In this document: one piece after another, positions 27,931 to 41,548 of the stretch
How positions within the stretch are numbered: position 1 is the stretch's first letter
How the letters are laid out: the number at the start of each line of letters is the position of its first letter
Assembly: GCA_951406725.2 (NCBI GenBank)
Contig: OX597820.1
Location: 119,412,001 to 119,476,000, forward strand
DNA from: Octopus vulgaris
Taxonomy: Eukaryota
DNA length: 64,000 nucleotides
Direction of reading: 5' to 3'
Notes under the pieces: model-generated
Database searches by the model: none
The model's input: the letters and a program-made list of their open reading frames with translations, nothing else
Told to the model about the DNA's origin: nothing
Position numbers and translations under genes: made by a program

Positions 27931-28058
27931 ATAATAATGATAATAATAATAATAATAATAATAATAGTAATAATAATAATAATAACAACAACAACAACAA
28001 CAACAATAATAATAATAATAATAATAAAAATAATAACAATAATAATAATAATAATAAT

Positions 28059-29186
28059 GGGGAAGAGGAATGATGCAGGTAGGACTGTGCTATATGACCT
28101 CCACGACAGCAATGAATAAGTGTTAATCCAGTACAGAGGTCTGGATGCTGCGGCTTGTGTGCAGCAAACATGAAAGCAGCAAAGCATCATATTCTATTGT
28201 CAAAGAAGCTTATAAATTCGCAAGGGAACTCCGCATTAACCCTGAATTAGATAAAGAACCTGAAACCACTGCCACCAAACGGGCAGAAAGAAATTGAGGA
28301 GTGGTTGAGCCAGAAGCCTCTGCATGGACAGTATATACTTCGATGGCGAAATGCTGATGTAGACCAAGCAACATCCTATAAGTGGGTGACTGAGAAGCTC
28401 AGGACTGCAAGCAGAGAATGAAGGTTTCATATTTGCGGCACAGGATCAAAGTTTGCTGACCAAACCAGCAGGGCTAACGTTCTTCAAAACAGTTTTGACT
28501 CTAAATGCAGATTCTGCGAAAAAATTGATTAAACAATAAACCATCTCCTCTCGGGATGTCCTGTGTTCACACCAAACAAACACAGATATCGCCACGATAG
28601 TGTAGGACAGTATTTACATCGGAAAATATGTAAACACACTAAATCCTGAGCCTATCGTTGAAGGTAAAACTGTTACTATCCTCTAAGATATTCCAGTCAA
28701 CACCGACAGAACAATCCAGGCTAAAATACCAGACATAGTCATTAAAGACTGGCAAGAAAATACTTGTAGATTAATAGATGTAAGTTTTCCCACTGATAAA
28801 AATATATCTGTAAAGGAATTTGACAAATTAAGTAAAAATAAGGATCTGGAAATTGAAATACAAAAGGAGTTACATCTTAAAGCCAGATGTTATTGTGGGT
28901 GCCCTCGGTATGATAAGAATGGAATGTCAGAAACATCTAGATGGTATGCTAGGAGACTCATGTCTCAGAGAAATCCAAATATTGTGCTGACAGGTACTGC
29001 CCACATACTGTGAAACCCTATCAGGTTAAACGCCTGTGTTGTATTATATGAAGATATTTCGCCATAGCCCATCTCCAAGCTTTCAATCATACTGTAACAT
29101 TAATTATCCTTCACTCGCCCTAGGACGATGGGTGTGTCTCGGCAAGTGATTGCAACGAACAGGCAGATTAAAAGTAAATAACACTT
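28059..29186 (+). mobile_element. Dong/R4-like LINE fragment, decayed
   Basis: KPLHGQY, EGFIFAAQDQSL, KCRFC..HLLSGC (CCHC), PDIVIKD, KEFDKLSK.KDLEIEI; (TAA)n flanks; same family as 45510-47245. Confidence 0.88.
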
Positions 29187-29247
29187 ATAATAATAACAAC
29201 AATAATAATAATGATAATAGTAATAATAATAATGATGATGATGATGA

Positions 29248-29580
29248 TGTAGACATACCCAATGATATGAATATTGTGAGTAAAGAGGATGAAAAATCAC
29301 CAATTAATCAGAATTGATAGTGGAAATGACAAGGCTGTATGGAATGTGAGAAGGTAATTTAAAAGTGATACCAGTGGTGATCAGAGCGCTCGGTTCAATC
29401 CCACTGAAACTTCAAAATTTCATAAGGCAACGGGAAAACCCATGCAAGATTGATGCCTTGCAAAAAGCAGCCTTAATTGGAACACAGCGTACATCTTAAG
29501 GAGAGTATTATCTGTCTGAAGTCCTTGTCACAGAATCTACCTGAACAAACAAACAAGACCGAATGTTCTGAGAAGTAAGA
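29248..29580 (+). mobile_element. Dong/R4-like LINE 3' fragment, third subfamily
   Basis: KVIPVVIRALGSIP..LQKAALIGT..ILRRVL. Confidence 0.75.
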
Positions 29581-29771
29581 CACCACCACCACCACTACCA
29601 CCTTCACATCCACCACTACCACCACCACCACTACCACCATCACCAACAACAAAACAAGAACAACAAGAACAACAACAACAACATCGTCTCAACAACAACA
29701 ATAGTAATAATAATAATAATAATAATGATGATAATAATAATAATAATAATAACAATAACAATAATAATAAC

Positions 29772-29845
<74 letters not shown>

Positions 29846-29877
29846 TAATAATAAAAAAAATAATAATAATAATAAGG

Positions 29878-30300
29878 TAGGCGTAGGAGTGGCTGTGTGG
29901 TAAGTAGCTTGTTTAGCAACCACATGGTTCCGGGTTCAGTCCCACTGCGTGGCACCTTGGGCAAGTGTCTTCTACTATAGCCTCGGGCCGACTAAAGCCT
30001 TGTGAGTGGATTTGGTAGACGGAAACTGAAAGAAGCCCGTCGTATATATGTATATATATATATATGCGTGGGTGTGTTTGTGTGTCTGTATTTGTCCCCC
30101 TAGCATTGCTTGATAACCGATGCTGGTGTGTTTATGTCCCCGTTACTTAGCGGTTCGGCAAAAGAGACCGATAGAATAAGTACTGGGCTTACAAAAGAAG
30201 AAGTTCCAGGGTCGAGTTGCTCGATTAAAAAAGGCGGTGCTCCAGCATGGCCGCAGTCAAATGACTGAAACAAGTAAAAGAGTAAAAGAGAAAAGAGTAA
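29878..30300 (+). mobile_element. SINE family B, full length
   Basis: Complete head, CORE-like segment and tail with (GTAAAAGA)n end; TAAGGT occurs at both ends (possible short TSD). Confidence 0.92.
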
Positions 30301-31316
30301 GGTGAAATCAATGGCAAAGCAAAAAACGTTTGGACAATTGTTTGATAGGTGAGAACAAAAATCTCTGCTTGGCAAATACGTGGCCCGTAGCAAACAAGCT
30401 GATGTAGACCAGAAGCACAGCCATCAATGGCTACGGAGCTCAAGGCTAAAGTCAGAGAGTGAAGGCTTCATTGTAGCTGCTCAAGATCAGAGCTTATTGA
30501 CCCGGAACTACCAAGCCAATGTAATCAAAAATGGAGTAGACTCCAACGTGCTGATACTGCAACGAGGAAATTGAAACAGTGGACCACCTAATCGCTGGGT
30601 TAAGGTTTTAGCACCTGTACAATATAAATCAAGACATGACAGAGTTGATCAATATCAACTGGGTAATATGTCGACATTATAAAATCAAAACTGCTGACAA
30701 ATGGTACAAGTATCAGCCCGCGGCTGTAACTGAGTGAGAAAATCTGAAGATTCTTTGGGACTTTCCAGTACTTACAGAGTGGTGCATCAAAGCTAATGAA
30801 CGAGATATTGTTGTGAAAGACCAAAACAATAAAGTCTGTTTATTGATTGATATGAGCATACCCTGTGATCATACCATCTCGGCAAACGAATTAGGTAAGC
30901 TTTGAAAATATAAAGATTTTGCTGATTTCAATCGAAAAAATGTGGCATCTCAAGACGGTTACAATACCAGTAATTGTAGCACTTGGAATGAAGAAAAAAA
31001 GGAAGTGAAAATTATTTGAGGATGATACCTGACTTACCATCCATGCGGGAAGTGCCAAAACTTGTTTTAACTGGTACATCAGGCGTCTTGACAAAAGCAT
31101 TGTCGCTGTGAATTTTCTTTCCCTTACCCTCTTATTTTTTTTCTTTTCTCCCCTTCTTTTCTCTGGCATTTTCCCCTAAATTTTTCTATCGCAACACTTT
31201 GTAAAGGAAAAATCTGGTGTGCTTATTTTAATGGTCTACCAATGTATAACGTGAATTTATTTTCCCTATGCTTTGGGAAGACGCTCAGCAAGAAATAGAA
31301 ACAAAATTGGAAGAAA

Positions 31317-31320
<4 letters not shown>
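30301..31320 (+). mobile_element. Dong/R4-like LINE fragment, decayed
   Basis: SHQWLRSSRLKSESEGFIVAAQDQSLLTRNYQ, ETVDHLIAG, ILWDFPV, DIVVKD..LLIDMSIP; ends in (TAA)n. Confidence 0.88.
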
Positions 31321-31365
<45 letters not shown>

Positions 31366-31442
31366 TAAATCGATATAAACGTATCTGTCAAGGCCTACCA
31401 GAAACTGAGCAAATTTTGATGGCATGCACTACTCTCTCACTC

Positions 31443-31501
<59 letters not shown>

Positions 31502-31506
31502 TAATA

Positions 31507-31858
31507 AATCGATATAAACGTATCTGTCAAGGCCTACCAGAAACTGAGCAAATGTGGAAGCTGAAGACTAAAACAATACTTGTTGTCATAGGTGCCCTGG
31601 GAATGATAGCGAAAGGGGCTGAAAGCTACCTAACTCAGATACCAGGAAACCCCAAAATGGCAGAAATTCAAAAGATAGTGCTCATGGGAACTGCTCATAT
31701 CCTACGCAAAATACTCTCTATGTAATCCCAAGGTTTAAAACAAACTTTTTTTTTAAAAATTTATTTATTAGACATTCACTAGTACAACACCCCCCCCCCC
31801 AAATATATGGCACACTAGGCATACTTGTACAGACATAAAGCAAAAGTCAAACATAGAA
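31507..31858 (+). mobile_element. Dong/R4-like LINE 3' fragment
   Basis: MWKLKTKTILVVIGALGMI..IQKIVLMGTAHILRKILSM*; (TAA)n flanks. Confidence 0.85.
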
Positions 31859-31961
31859 TAATAATAATAATGATAATAAAAATAATAATGAAAATAATGT
31901 TAATAACAGTAATATCAACGATATATAATAATATACATAATAATATTTAATATATAATATA

Positions 31962-32378
31962 TAGGCGCAGGAGTGGCTGTGTGGTAAGTAGCTTGCTAAC
32001 CAACCACATGGTACCGGGTTCAGTCCCACTGCGTGGCATCTTGGGCAAGTGTCTTCTGCTATAGCCCCGGGCCGACCAATGCCTTGTGAGTGGATTTGGT
32101 AGACAGAAACTGAAAGAAGCCTGTCGTATATATGTATATATATATGCATGTGTGTTTGTTTGTGTGTCTGTGTTTGTCCCCCTAGCATTGCTTGACAACC
32201 GATGCTGGTGTGTTTATGTCCCCGTTACTTAGCGGTTCGGCAAAAGAGACCGATAGAATAAGTACTGGGCTTACAAAAAGAATAAGTTCCGGGGTCGAGT
32301 TGCTCGATTAAAGGCGGTGCTCCAGCATGGCCGCAGTCAAACGACTGAAACAAGTAAAAGAGTAAAAGAGTAAAAGAG
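31962..32378 (+). mobile_element. SINE family B, full length
   Basis: Near-identical to 29878-30300. Confidence 0.92.
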
Positions 32379-32511
32379 TATATATATATATATATATATA
32401 TATTTATAGATACGTATATAGTCACACACACGCGCGCACACACACACACGCATACACACATACTCATGGATATATACATGCTTATATATATACATTTACA
32501 TGCATACATAC

Positions 32512-32542
<31 letters not shown>

Positions 32543-32809
32543 ATATATATATATATATATATTGTATATATATATCAATATATACGCATGCAAGTCTTGT
32601 TTTTATCTGCTTATGGTCTCATGTGAAACAGGAACTAGATTTTGCCATGTTAAATATTTAGTCATAAATACTTCGGAACTGTTGTAACAATCATTAAACT
32701 GTGTCTCGGATTCCGGCTTGGCCAGATATTATCTTTTTGTGAGCGATGATCGTCAGCGTATGAACCATTTTATATATGCACCTAACACGTTGATGGACAC
32801 CTATTTTTT

Positions 32810-33142
32810 CCATCCATCCATCCCTCAATCTCCCCACTCATCTACCCATCCATCATCCATCCATCCATCCACCCATTCACCCATCAACCCATCCATCCAT
32901 CCAGTCACCAATCCACCCATCTAACATCCATCCATCCATCCACCCATCCACCCACAATCCATCCAGTCACCCATCCACCCATCCATCCATCCATCCACCC
33001 ATCCACCCATCAATCCATCCAGTCACCAATCCACCCATCTAACCATCCATCCATCCATCCACCCATCATACTATCAACCCATCCATCCATCTCTTCCTCC
33101 CTCCCTCCATCCCTCCATTCATCCATCCCTCCATCAATCCAT
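32810..33142. repeat. Degenerate (CCAT)n array
   Basis: Direct inspection. Confidence 0.95.
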
Positions 33143-33567
33143 GTATGTGTATGTGTATGGTGAGTGTGTGTGTATGTGCATGTTTGTAAATGGTAAGTGC
33201 CTGTAGTGTGTGTGTGTGTGTGTATGGTGAATGTGTGCATGTGTGTTTATAATATATTGTGTGTGTGTATTTGTGTGATGTGTTTACAAATTTAAGTAGA
33301 TACGTCTCTATACATACATATATAAGACTGCTTACAAATAGTTTATATTCAACTCACACTGAAGAGCATGCCCATGCACACCCACAAGCCAACACACACG
33401 TACACACACACACGTACACGCACACACACACTCGTACACACGCACACACACACTCATACACACACATTTGTACACTTACGTATCATCATATATATGGTGT
33501 AAAATTACATCGGCAGTTAAAAATACACAGATGCATACACACAGACACACAGACACACACACAGACA

Positions 33568-33624
<57 letters not shown>

Positions 33625-34035
33625 CCGTGCTCCCTGATGGAAGAGTCCATCACTATGCATCTATTATACTGCATTATTCAACATGGGATGGGCCACGCTT
33701 TCCGTTATCTTTTCCGCTTTCCTATCGTTATATTTCTTTATTTCACTTATAATTTATCGCAATCTCTCTCTCACTCTTCATCTCTCCCTCTCTCCCGCTT
33801 TTCCTCTTCTTCTTGCGTGCTCCAGCACTTGCTTCTCTCCAATTTCTCTTTCTTCATCCTCATATTCTGATCTATCTCCGCCTTCCTCTGTTTTCTAATT
33901 ATTCCTCACACTTTCAATCTACCTTTAATGTTTAACGCTCTTAGTGTCCTTAATTTTTTTTTATTATTTATCTTTCCTTACTGCTCAAACTCTCTTTCCA
34001 TCTTTCCATCTAGCATGTTGCTTTAAAGTACCCCC

Positions 34036-34120
<85 letters not shown>

Positions 34121-34232
34121 ATTACACACACACACTCACGTACATATATACATATTTGTGCGTGCATATGTGTGCCTGTGTGTGTACAGAGTGCATGCAG
34201 CCATGTACATATATATACACACACACACACAC

Positions 34233-34270
<38 letters not shown>

Positions 34271-34283
34271 ATATACAAACATA

Positions 34284-34319
<36 letters not shown>

Positions 34320-34341
34320 TGTATATATATACACATATATA

Positions 34342-34723
34342 GTGGTAGCTCAATGGCCTAGTGGTTAGGGAAAGAGACACGCGATTGTAGGATCGCGGTT
34401 TCGATTCCCAGACCGCGCGTTGTGAGTGTTTATTGACCTAAAATACCTAATGCTCTACAAGGCTCCGGCAGGGGTGGTGGTAGTGAACCCTGCTGTACTC
34501 TTTCACCACAACTTTCTCTCACTCTTTCCTCCTGTTTCTGTTGTACCTGTATTTCAAAGGGCCAGCCATGTCACACTCTGTGTCACGCTGAATCTCCCCG
34601 AGACCTACGTTATGGGCACACGTGTCTGTGGAGTGCTCAGTCACTTGTACGTTAATTTCACGAGCAGGCTGTTCCGTTGATCGGAACAACTGGAACCCTC
34701 GTCGTCGCAACCGATGGAGTGCC
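34342..34723 (+). mobile_element. SINE family A, more diverged, plus strand
   Basis: GTGGTAGCTCAATGGCCTAGTGGTTAGG..GGAACCCTCGTCGTCGCAACCGATGGAGTGCC. Confidence 0.9.
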
Positions 34724-34973
34724 ACGACACACACACACACTCATATGTATATAATGTGTATGTGTGCATGTATGTGTGTGTGTGTGTTGGTGTGTATACA
34801 CATGCATGCTTCCTTCCGGCAATGCAACAGCCCATTGAGAAGAATCAAAGAAAAGCCAAGAATAGCTTTTCTAAGGAGGGACAACCAATCCCAAAGCACT
34901 ACCTCTGTGACACATTTGCATGCAAACGGCTGCAATTGCATCTATCTTTCTATCAATCTATCCATCTATCCAC

Positions 34974-35076
<103 letters not shown>

Positions 35077-36050
35077 CCTAACTATCTATCTATTTATATA
35101 TCTATCTATCTATCTATCTATCCATCTTACAAATGTATGTGTGTGTGTGCGCACATGCAACGCATCAACACTTGAAATCTTTCTCTTAGTACTCAACCGC
35201 ACAGAACATACAATCATGCACACATAGAGGTAAGTGCACCCACAAACACATACCCTCATGCACTCACAGACTTAGAAGGATAGACACGCGCGCGCACATA
35301 TACAGGTAGTCGCACACGCGTGCGTGCATACACACACATAGACACACAAACAGACTTGGACCAGCCTTCTTTTCGATCCAAATCACATTAGCATACTCAA
35401 ATATACTTCAGATGAGCGGACGCTTTCGGTACTAATGCGAGAGGCGATAGCCACCAAACCCGCCCTTTGCAAGAGACCGTCTATAACAACACAACACCCC
35501 CACCGACAACCTAGCACATCAACATACCAACACACCAGCTATACCAGCAACACAGCAACATGCACACAACCGAGTATCATTCACATAAATTTAACAAGGT
35601 GCATCTGTATTCCACGACTGCATCACACATCCATAATTCGCTCACTCAGCAGGTTCGTTCTATAGATAGATTGCGGTTGTTAGGCTGTGTGATCTGTTCA
35701 AATTCTCGTCAAATACACAGCAATTTGCTGTGTTTGTGCATAGATTTGAAATAGGTGGAGCAGATGAGGTGATGTTGATTCCATGCGGAGTGCGTTGAAA
35801 TACGATGTATATATAATGTGCGAGAGGATAGAAAGTTTATGGTGGATAAGGGGTGTTTAAAGTGTATGAGTAATATACCTTGCAAATACTTATACACACA
35901 CACACACACACACACACACATGATTGTACAAATATGGAAATTCGGGCGCAAAATCATAGATAACTACCTACGCGGAAACAAACATATGTGTATGTATGTA
36001 TGTATGTATGTATGTATGTATGTATGTATGTATGTATGTATGTATGTATG

Positions 36051-36099
<49 letters not shown>

Positions 36100-36179
36100 T
36101 TTATTTAAAGCATATTACTCTACCACTGGTCTTTGAGTACTCTTTTTTCCACCTCGTTTCACATTTATATATTTACTCC

Positions 36180-36228
<49 letters not shown>

Positions 36229-37111
36229 GTATGTATGTATGTATATATATGTATATATAGGTGTGTGCGTGTATAAATATAGATACATATGTATGTGTAT
36301 ATATGTATGTATATGTATGTATACATATATATATATATATGTATTTATATATATGCATATATATCTATGTGTATATGTATACTTATGTATGTATGTATGT
36401 ATTATGTATTTAGAAGTGCGTGGAACATGGACGAACGAAAGTAGATCTTGCACATAAGTTCAGATTTGTATTTACTGAGTAACAGGTTGACAGCTTCTAA
36501 CGGGACTGAAACCTTTTCGGAACTGTAAATGCGACCACCTCCGCGGACGTTCGGACGTAAACAATTTTCGCATAATTATATAACTATTTTAAGGGTTTTA
36601 GTACTTTGGTAGAGCAATCTGGTTGCATGCTCGTAGTGGAAAAAGAAATATCTTCATGAATTAACTTTGCGAAGAAAAAAAAATGATATTTCGGGAGGAA
36701 GAAGTGGAACAATAAAAAAATGGTAGGATGCTAGTGAGAAAGAAGGTAAATTTTATAACGAAGAGCTAGCAAGGTAAGAATATTTCAACAAGAGGTATCC
36801 ATGCAGCATATATTACAAGGGAAATAATCACTTTTAAATAAACGATTAATCATGGCGGGGTGAGCAATTTTAATTTGAAATCTAAGACTAACAAAAAAGA
36901 AACACACGGATTATGCGTATATTCTTCGCCTCATTACGAAAATCATAAATAATTTTTAGGCTTTGGCAAAAACGTATAGCGATATTTTATCCCTTTCTCA
37001 CGTCATCAGCATGAAATCTATTTTTATCAAAAACGTTTTCCTCCTTTCGAGTACTTCAAATGTGTTGGGGTCAGTTTGTGAAAAAGAATCTTGCTCCAGA
37101 TCTATTTCATT

Positions 37112-37168
<57 letters not shown>

Positions 37169-37779
37169 AACTGCTACTACTACTACTTGGTACTACGACT
37201 TTCTACTATTACTTAACTAATTTATCCATTCGTTAATAGATTGCGTAGTTAATCGCTTGATCGACCGGTGCCATCATTCGGTTTGCCAAACTTTTCCCGT
37301 ACACCATCCTGATCTCATCAGTGACGTAACCCAGGTAATCGACGTCTGTCAACGTGATAACGGATTCATTTCATAACCCATGTGTATTTCACCAATACAA
37401 GAAAGACATCTACCGATTCTAGTAATAGGCGTTTCCCAACCGCTTGGCTCTGGTTTCGAGTTCACTATTTGGCCTCATGTGCAAGTGTCTTTTATTATAG
37501 CTATGTCTCGAAGCTACAGTAGAAGACGCCTGTCAAAGCTGCCACGCTGTGAGACTCAACCCATGTAGTTGAGGAGCAAACGTCAAACCGCACAGCCATG
37601 TCTGTTTGTCTGTATGTCTTTCTGTCTGTCTGTCTGTATGTATGTATGTACGTATGTATGTATTTATATATATATATTCAAAATGTGACCTCGTGTGTAC
37701 CGTTGGCGATTTTTTTTCCTCTGTCTTCCCTTCTCTGGATCTTTCCTTCTCCTATGTTTCCGACGAAAACAACCTATTT

Positions 37780-38070
37780 GTTTGTTGTTCCAATCTATCA
37801 GGACTTCCAGACATCGATGTTTCAAGTTAGTTGGCTTTTATCAATGGGAGTTACCTAAAAGAAGCAACTCTGAACATGTAAAATAAAGTCAACAACATTT
37901 GATTGATTTGCGCCGGTGGATCGCCCGATCGTTGAAATGTAACGAAATATTACCGTCAAGCAGGGTTTAGGCATAAGTAAAATTTAGGTTAGTTAAGATA
38001 TGTTTGTGACATATTTCAACCGCTAAATGTCAAATTCACTGAATTTACCATAGAGAAAATATTTGGCCAT
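37780..38070. repeat. Old unclassified interspersed repeat, inverted homolog at ~55590-56185
   Basis: TTTGATTGATTTGCGCCG and AAGTAAAATTTAGGTTAGTTAAGATATGTTT are found reverse-complemented at ~55921-55938 and ~55593-55622. Confidence 0.6.
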
Positions 38071-38400
38071 ATGTTTACTGTTGTCAGGCAGCAACCTCAA
38101 AGATTTGCTAGAACCTCAGATATTTGTCACAACTCTTTATATTCCCAGTTGCAACCACACCAAGGTTAAATTTGTGTCATATCCTCTCGAGTTCGATAAA
38201 AGAAAAGAAATCATTTACGTAGTGAGATGCGATTGACCAAATACTCACCTCCGTAGCTAAATCATGATTAAACGTATTTCAAAAGGTACAGAATAGAAGA
38301 GGACATTGGCAAAATGTTCGGATGTTGCCTCTCAACGTTTCCTAGTAAAGTTCACTCTTAGGAAAAGGAATATTCTTGGAGAGAACGTTGTCGATTGTAC

Positions 38401-38779
38401 AGGAGGAGGAGGAAGCACTCCATCGGTTGCGACGATGAGGGTTCCGGTTGATCCGATCAACGGAACAGCCTGCTCGTGAAATTAACGTGCAAGTGGCTGA
38501 GCACTCCACAGACACGTATACCCTTAACGTAGTTCTCGGGGATATTCAGCGTGACACAGAGAGTGACAAGGCCGGCCCCTTGAAATACAGGTACAACAGA
38601 AACAGGAAGTAAGAGTGAGAGAAAGTTGTGGTGAAAGACTACACCATCCCTGCCGGAGCCTCGTGGAGCTTTAGGTGTTTTCGCTCAATAAACACTCACA
38701 ACGTCCGGTCTGGGAATCGAAACCGCGATCCTACGACCGCGAGTCCGCTGCCCTAACCACTGGGCCATTGCGCCTCCAC
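38401..38779 (-). mobile_element. SINE family A, full length
   Basis: 13-bp TSD TTGTCGATTGTAC at 38388-38400 and 38780-38792; (TCC)n tail. Confidence 0.93.
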
Positions 38780-39048
38780 TTGTCGATTGTACTACAAATT
38801 CACTGTACCCATATAAAAAAATCCTTGTGTGGTTTCCATTGTGACAAATCTGTATGTTGTTATTGTGCGCGTATGCATTGGTTAATTCCCCATTTTGTCA
38901 AATTTAATAACTATAATCGTTCGCGTTTATTTTTATGTAAACAAACTTTTACGTAACCAAACTTTCTATATGCTTTCGCCGAGTTTGTCCACATAAAAAC
39001 AAACACAAACTATCATAGTTCTTAAATTTGACATCAGTGGGGAGGCTG

Positions 39049-39117
39049 ATCCACTGGTGTAAAGGTAACTCACTTACTCGAGTTAACAAAGGGATGTGGG
39101 GTCGACTCCCGGTGGAT
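39049..39117 (+). other. tRNA-like Pol III head (pseudo-tRNA or unknown SINE head)
   Basis: A-box-like TGGTGTAAAGGT, B-box-like GGTCGACTCC, closing stem ATCCACTGG/CCGGTGGAT; no convincing anticodon arm. Confidence 0.35.
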
Positions 39118-39235
39118 AGGAAAGCCTTCTTTCTTCTGTGCAGGGCTTATATGCCCCTTAGACTATTTTCCTTAGTCATTTTACGGTAATTGCCATAAGC
39201 TTTAAGCCTATTTAAAAATACCATTATATATATAA

Positions 39236-39810
39236 GTTCAGCAAAATTTAGATTCAGATGAATATGGTACTTAAGTTAAAGCCACCAGAATTTGGTATGG
39301 TATTATCCATATAAATCAAATGGGGTGATTATAATCAAAATAAACAACGAGGATATCCAAGGTAGAGTAGTACAATCGTTTCATGCTACTTCATTTTATT
39401 AAACAATGTAAGTATTACATCAGTTTTAAAATGTAGAGCAATCTTCAGCCACATACAGAATTTTTTTTATTAAATAGACAATGTACATTTTTTATATTTA
39501 TTTCATTTGCCAAAATTACAAAGTGATAAATAATCAGAGTGATAAAAAATCTGCAGATAGAGAAGGACCTTCTACTACCAAGTTCTTATTGATGAGATTA
39601 ACCTCTCTGTCTATATATCTACCTTCTTTGTAATGTGGGCAAATGGAATAAGTATACAAGTGTACATTGTCTATTTAATTAAAAAAATTCTATATGTGGC
39701 TGAAGATTGCTCTACAGGTTAAAACTGATGTAATACTTACATTGTTTAATACAATGAAGTAGCATGAAACGATTGTACTACACTACCTTGGATATCCTTG
39801 TTGCTCATTT

Positions 39811-39812
<2 letters not shown>
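39236..39812. mobile_element. Penelope-like fold-back, arms ~39334-39523 / 39626-39812, hammerhead motif in each arm
   Basis: Plus arm TGTGG-CTGAAGA(39700)-TTGCT..AGCAT-GAAA(39766)-CGATT-GTA-CTACA; (TA)n at both ends. Confidence 0.7.
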
Positions 39813-39854
<42 letters not shown>

Positions 39855-40484
39855 TCATTGACACTCACACACACACATGTATATTTAATATAATAATGAC
39901 AATATAATATAGTGTGTTTGTGATGACGATGTATGTACTAAGAATGCACTAGAATTGAATCTAGAGAATCTTCACTCATAAGCAATTTGTGTCAATGTAA
40001 GAAATCAATGTTTTTTTTATAAAATTGATTTTATCGTGACATTTCCGATGCAGCAATGCGAGATATCATGTCAGTAATGGTGTCAATAGAATTATATTGA
40101 TTATATCGATTATTGTGTAAAGAATGGATGTAAAATGATACAAGCATCGGTGTGTGGAGCTGGGGGATAATTTCCTGAAGGAAACTAAGCGTTAATCGTT
40201 GCCAAAAAATGTACATATTCGCATATGTGTGTATATACAGACATATATACAATTGTTATGTAATTGTTCAGCCAGAATCATATTTAAGGGAAATATACAC
40301 ATACATATAATTCTCTAGTCATATGTCTGTGTATGTATATATATATATATATATATATCCATACACAGACATGTACATATATATATATATATAAACACAC
40401 ACATATATGTGTAGGTGTATATATATATAGATATATAAATGTATATATATACATGCATCTGTATACACACACGTACATACATCC

Positions 40485-40525
<41 letters not shown>

Positions 40526-41154
40526 CATACATACATCTATATATATACATACATACGTACATATATATATATATATATACATCCATATATATATACACAT
40601 ACACTCGCCCACACATATAGAAGTGCTCCTGCATAATTTTTTTTTTCTGCGGTGGGGGATTAGCATATGATTGTAACAGGATGATTATATAACAACCATA
40701 TTTCCTCTTCTGTACAATTTATATCCTTGAAAAATATCATCTCACATTTTGCACAACAAATCTTGTGTCATTTTACATTCATATCTTTTATAAGAATCGA
40801 TGAAAATCAATAAACGCTATTGAACCAATTACTGACATTACACCTCACATTGTTGTATTGGAAATGTCACGATAAATTCAATTTTAAGACAATGATTACT
40901 CACCCTATCATAAATATATATACACTGGATGGGCACATACCCAGATACACACTCTCACAAATTATTCAAACACTGTCTGTTCTGTCATTCACAAGAATGC
41001 GCTTAAAAATTTGCGATGCATGAATTAAAGATATTTGCTGCCCATCCGAACATCTGCATGGAAACGATGGGAATATTTTGGTTTTATTTTTATATAAATG
41101 AACAGGACACGCTTAAAAATAGTGAACAAACGTCGACAGGTCGTATTTTGTTAG

Positions 41155-41503
41155 ACCGGGCAAGGATTTTTGTGGGTGAATTTGGTTGACGGAAAGTGAA
41201 AGAAGCCCGATATATGTGTGGCTGTGTTTGTGTGTGAGCGTGTATTTATAGGTGCATATGCATGCGTTTGTTCTCGTGAGTTTGTGCATATGAACGTGGC
41301 TTTCTTCTGCGTTTGTTCCCACGAACGCTTGACAAAAGGTGTTGCTGTGTTTACGTTCCCGTAATTTGGTAGCTCGGCAAAAGCCACCGATAGAGTGAGT
41401 ATCAGGCCTTAAAGAAAGACGTGGTATCGAGTTATTCGACTAAAAACAATTCCAAGGTGGTGCTCCATCTTAGCCGCAGTCAAATGGCTAGAACAAGTAA
41501 AAA
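41155..41503 (+). mobile_element. SINE family B, old diverged copy lacking the head
   Basis: TTGTGGGTGAATTTGGTTGACGGAAAGTGAAAGAAGCCCG..GGTGGTGCTCCA..GCCGCAGTCAAATG. Confidence 0.75.
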
Positions 41504-41548
41504 CTAAGACAGAATTGTATCAGTATATTGATGTATAGAGATCAGCTA

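Noticed and set aside
34805-34940. Cluster of ETS-like CTTCCGG, CCAAT and octamer ATTTGCAT motifs
   Set aside because: Short motifs are expected by chance in 64 kb, and there is no linked gene or TSS evidence.
35178-35236. Plus-strand AG..GTAAGT pair defining a 40-nt exon (similar pair at ~47700-47730)
   Set aside because: Not frame-preserving, no recognisable peptide; shows that such pairs arise by chance.
37295-37320. Weak resemblance to the 5' part of 5S rRNA (ACCATCCTGATCTCATC)
   Set aside because: Too short and gapped, with no downstream 5S sequence.
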